Source: Octopus bimaculoides
Lineage: Eukaryota
NCBI RefSeq assembly: GCF_001194135.2
Contig: NC_068989.1
Location: 16,206,771-16,242,982 of the forward strand
Length of the DNA: 36,212 nucleotides
Reading direction: 5' to 3'
Shown: positions 35,178 through 36,212 of the stretch, piece after piece
How positions within the stretch are numbered: position 1 is the first letter of the stretch
Layout of the letters: the number at the start of each line of letters is the position of its first letter
The notes under the pieces: model-generated
Databases searched by the model: none
Told to the model about the DNA's origin: nothing
The model's input: only the letters and a program-made list of their open reading frames with translations
Program-made: the position numbers and the translations under genes

Positions 35178-36164
35178 GGTCACATATATATATTGTAAAT
35201 ACAAATCTGAATATATACATGTATGTATGTATGTATGCAGAAGTATATACATAAGCACGCAAAAACACTGACACAAAATTACACACACATATTTATATAT
35301 ATACGTATATAGGTACATACACACGCACACATACATACATACATAATATATACATACACACACGCACACATACGTAATACATACATACGTGTGTATCAAT
35401 GCATGTATATATGAGTGTATTTAGCTATGTATATACATATCAAAAAGATTATTGCATCTGGTACCTTTCATGTAGTTATTCGAATTTCACATTCCCGGTC
35501 ATCGGACTGAATACGAGAGAGGGAGAGAGGGAGAGAGAGAGAGAGAGACTGACAGAAGGAGAGAAGAAAAGAAAGAAAAATGCATCTGATGCAAATAGGT
35601 CATTGCCCAGATATTTATATAATATAAAAGTATAATTTTTTAGTAGTTTGGTTCCTCATAAACGAAAATACGTTTCTGTCTGCTCAATATAGTTCTGGAT
35701 TATAACTGAGATTACTTCAATATTATGCCAAACAGATTAATTGGATTTAAAGACGAAATCCCAACCTGACTAATGGAATTTCAACCTCATCTCTTGAGTT
35801 GTTGTCTTTGTTTATAAAAATCCAGTAAAGTATGCGGTTTTAGCTATAGTCAGGATTTGATGTTAATAAAATATTTGGCGAGCAAAATCTTATATTCTGT
35901 GTAATCTGTATTTTTTCCTTCTTTCAGTCTACCCAATTAATCCACCCCATATATATACACACACACGCCCACATACACATACACACACATATATTACTTC
36001 TATGGATCTCTCGGTCTTACCCTCTTTATATTCATTCCGTGTGTCCATGGACGCACTGCTTCGGAGATAAAAATGTATATAAGTTTTATATACCTTCGTA
36101 CATAGACATTCCTGCCGTTAAACTAACACAAACAATCACACACAAAGCCATACGTGCGCGTCTA

Positions 36165-36211
<47 letters not shown>
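36165..36211. repeat. (CT)n microsatellite
   Basis: Run at the window end. Confidence 0.95.

Positions 36212-36212
<1 letters not shown>

Overview
AT-rich, gap-riddled animal genomic DNA (11 N-runs, most flanked by microsatellites). The SINE families and (TA)/(CATA)/(GATA) load resemble octopus/coleoid cephalopod DNA; this is inferred from recalled repeat families, not from a search. I cannot support any intact host protein-coding gene, rRNA, tRNA or CRISPR array, and most listed ORFs are microsatellite or N artefacts. The window is a dense transposon landscape. It holds an internally deleted Helitron with both ends present (4727-8024) and a long-TIR MITE nested in it, a hAT transposase fossil, mariner remnants, and CR1-like, RTE and three R4/Dong-like LINE relics. 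It also holds about 15 SINE pieces from three families. The most unusual signals are: (1) two inverted copies of a young MITE with 37-bp GG-terminal TIRs and 8-bp TSDs, one enclosing a telomere-like (TAACCC)n core between inner inverted repeats; (2) two adjacent related giant palindromes at 11.8-12.6 kb; (3) several dispersed minimal hammerhead-ribozyme-like motifs of the Penelope/retrozyme type.
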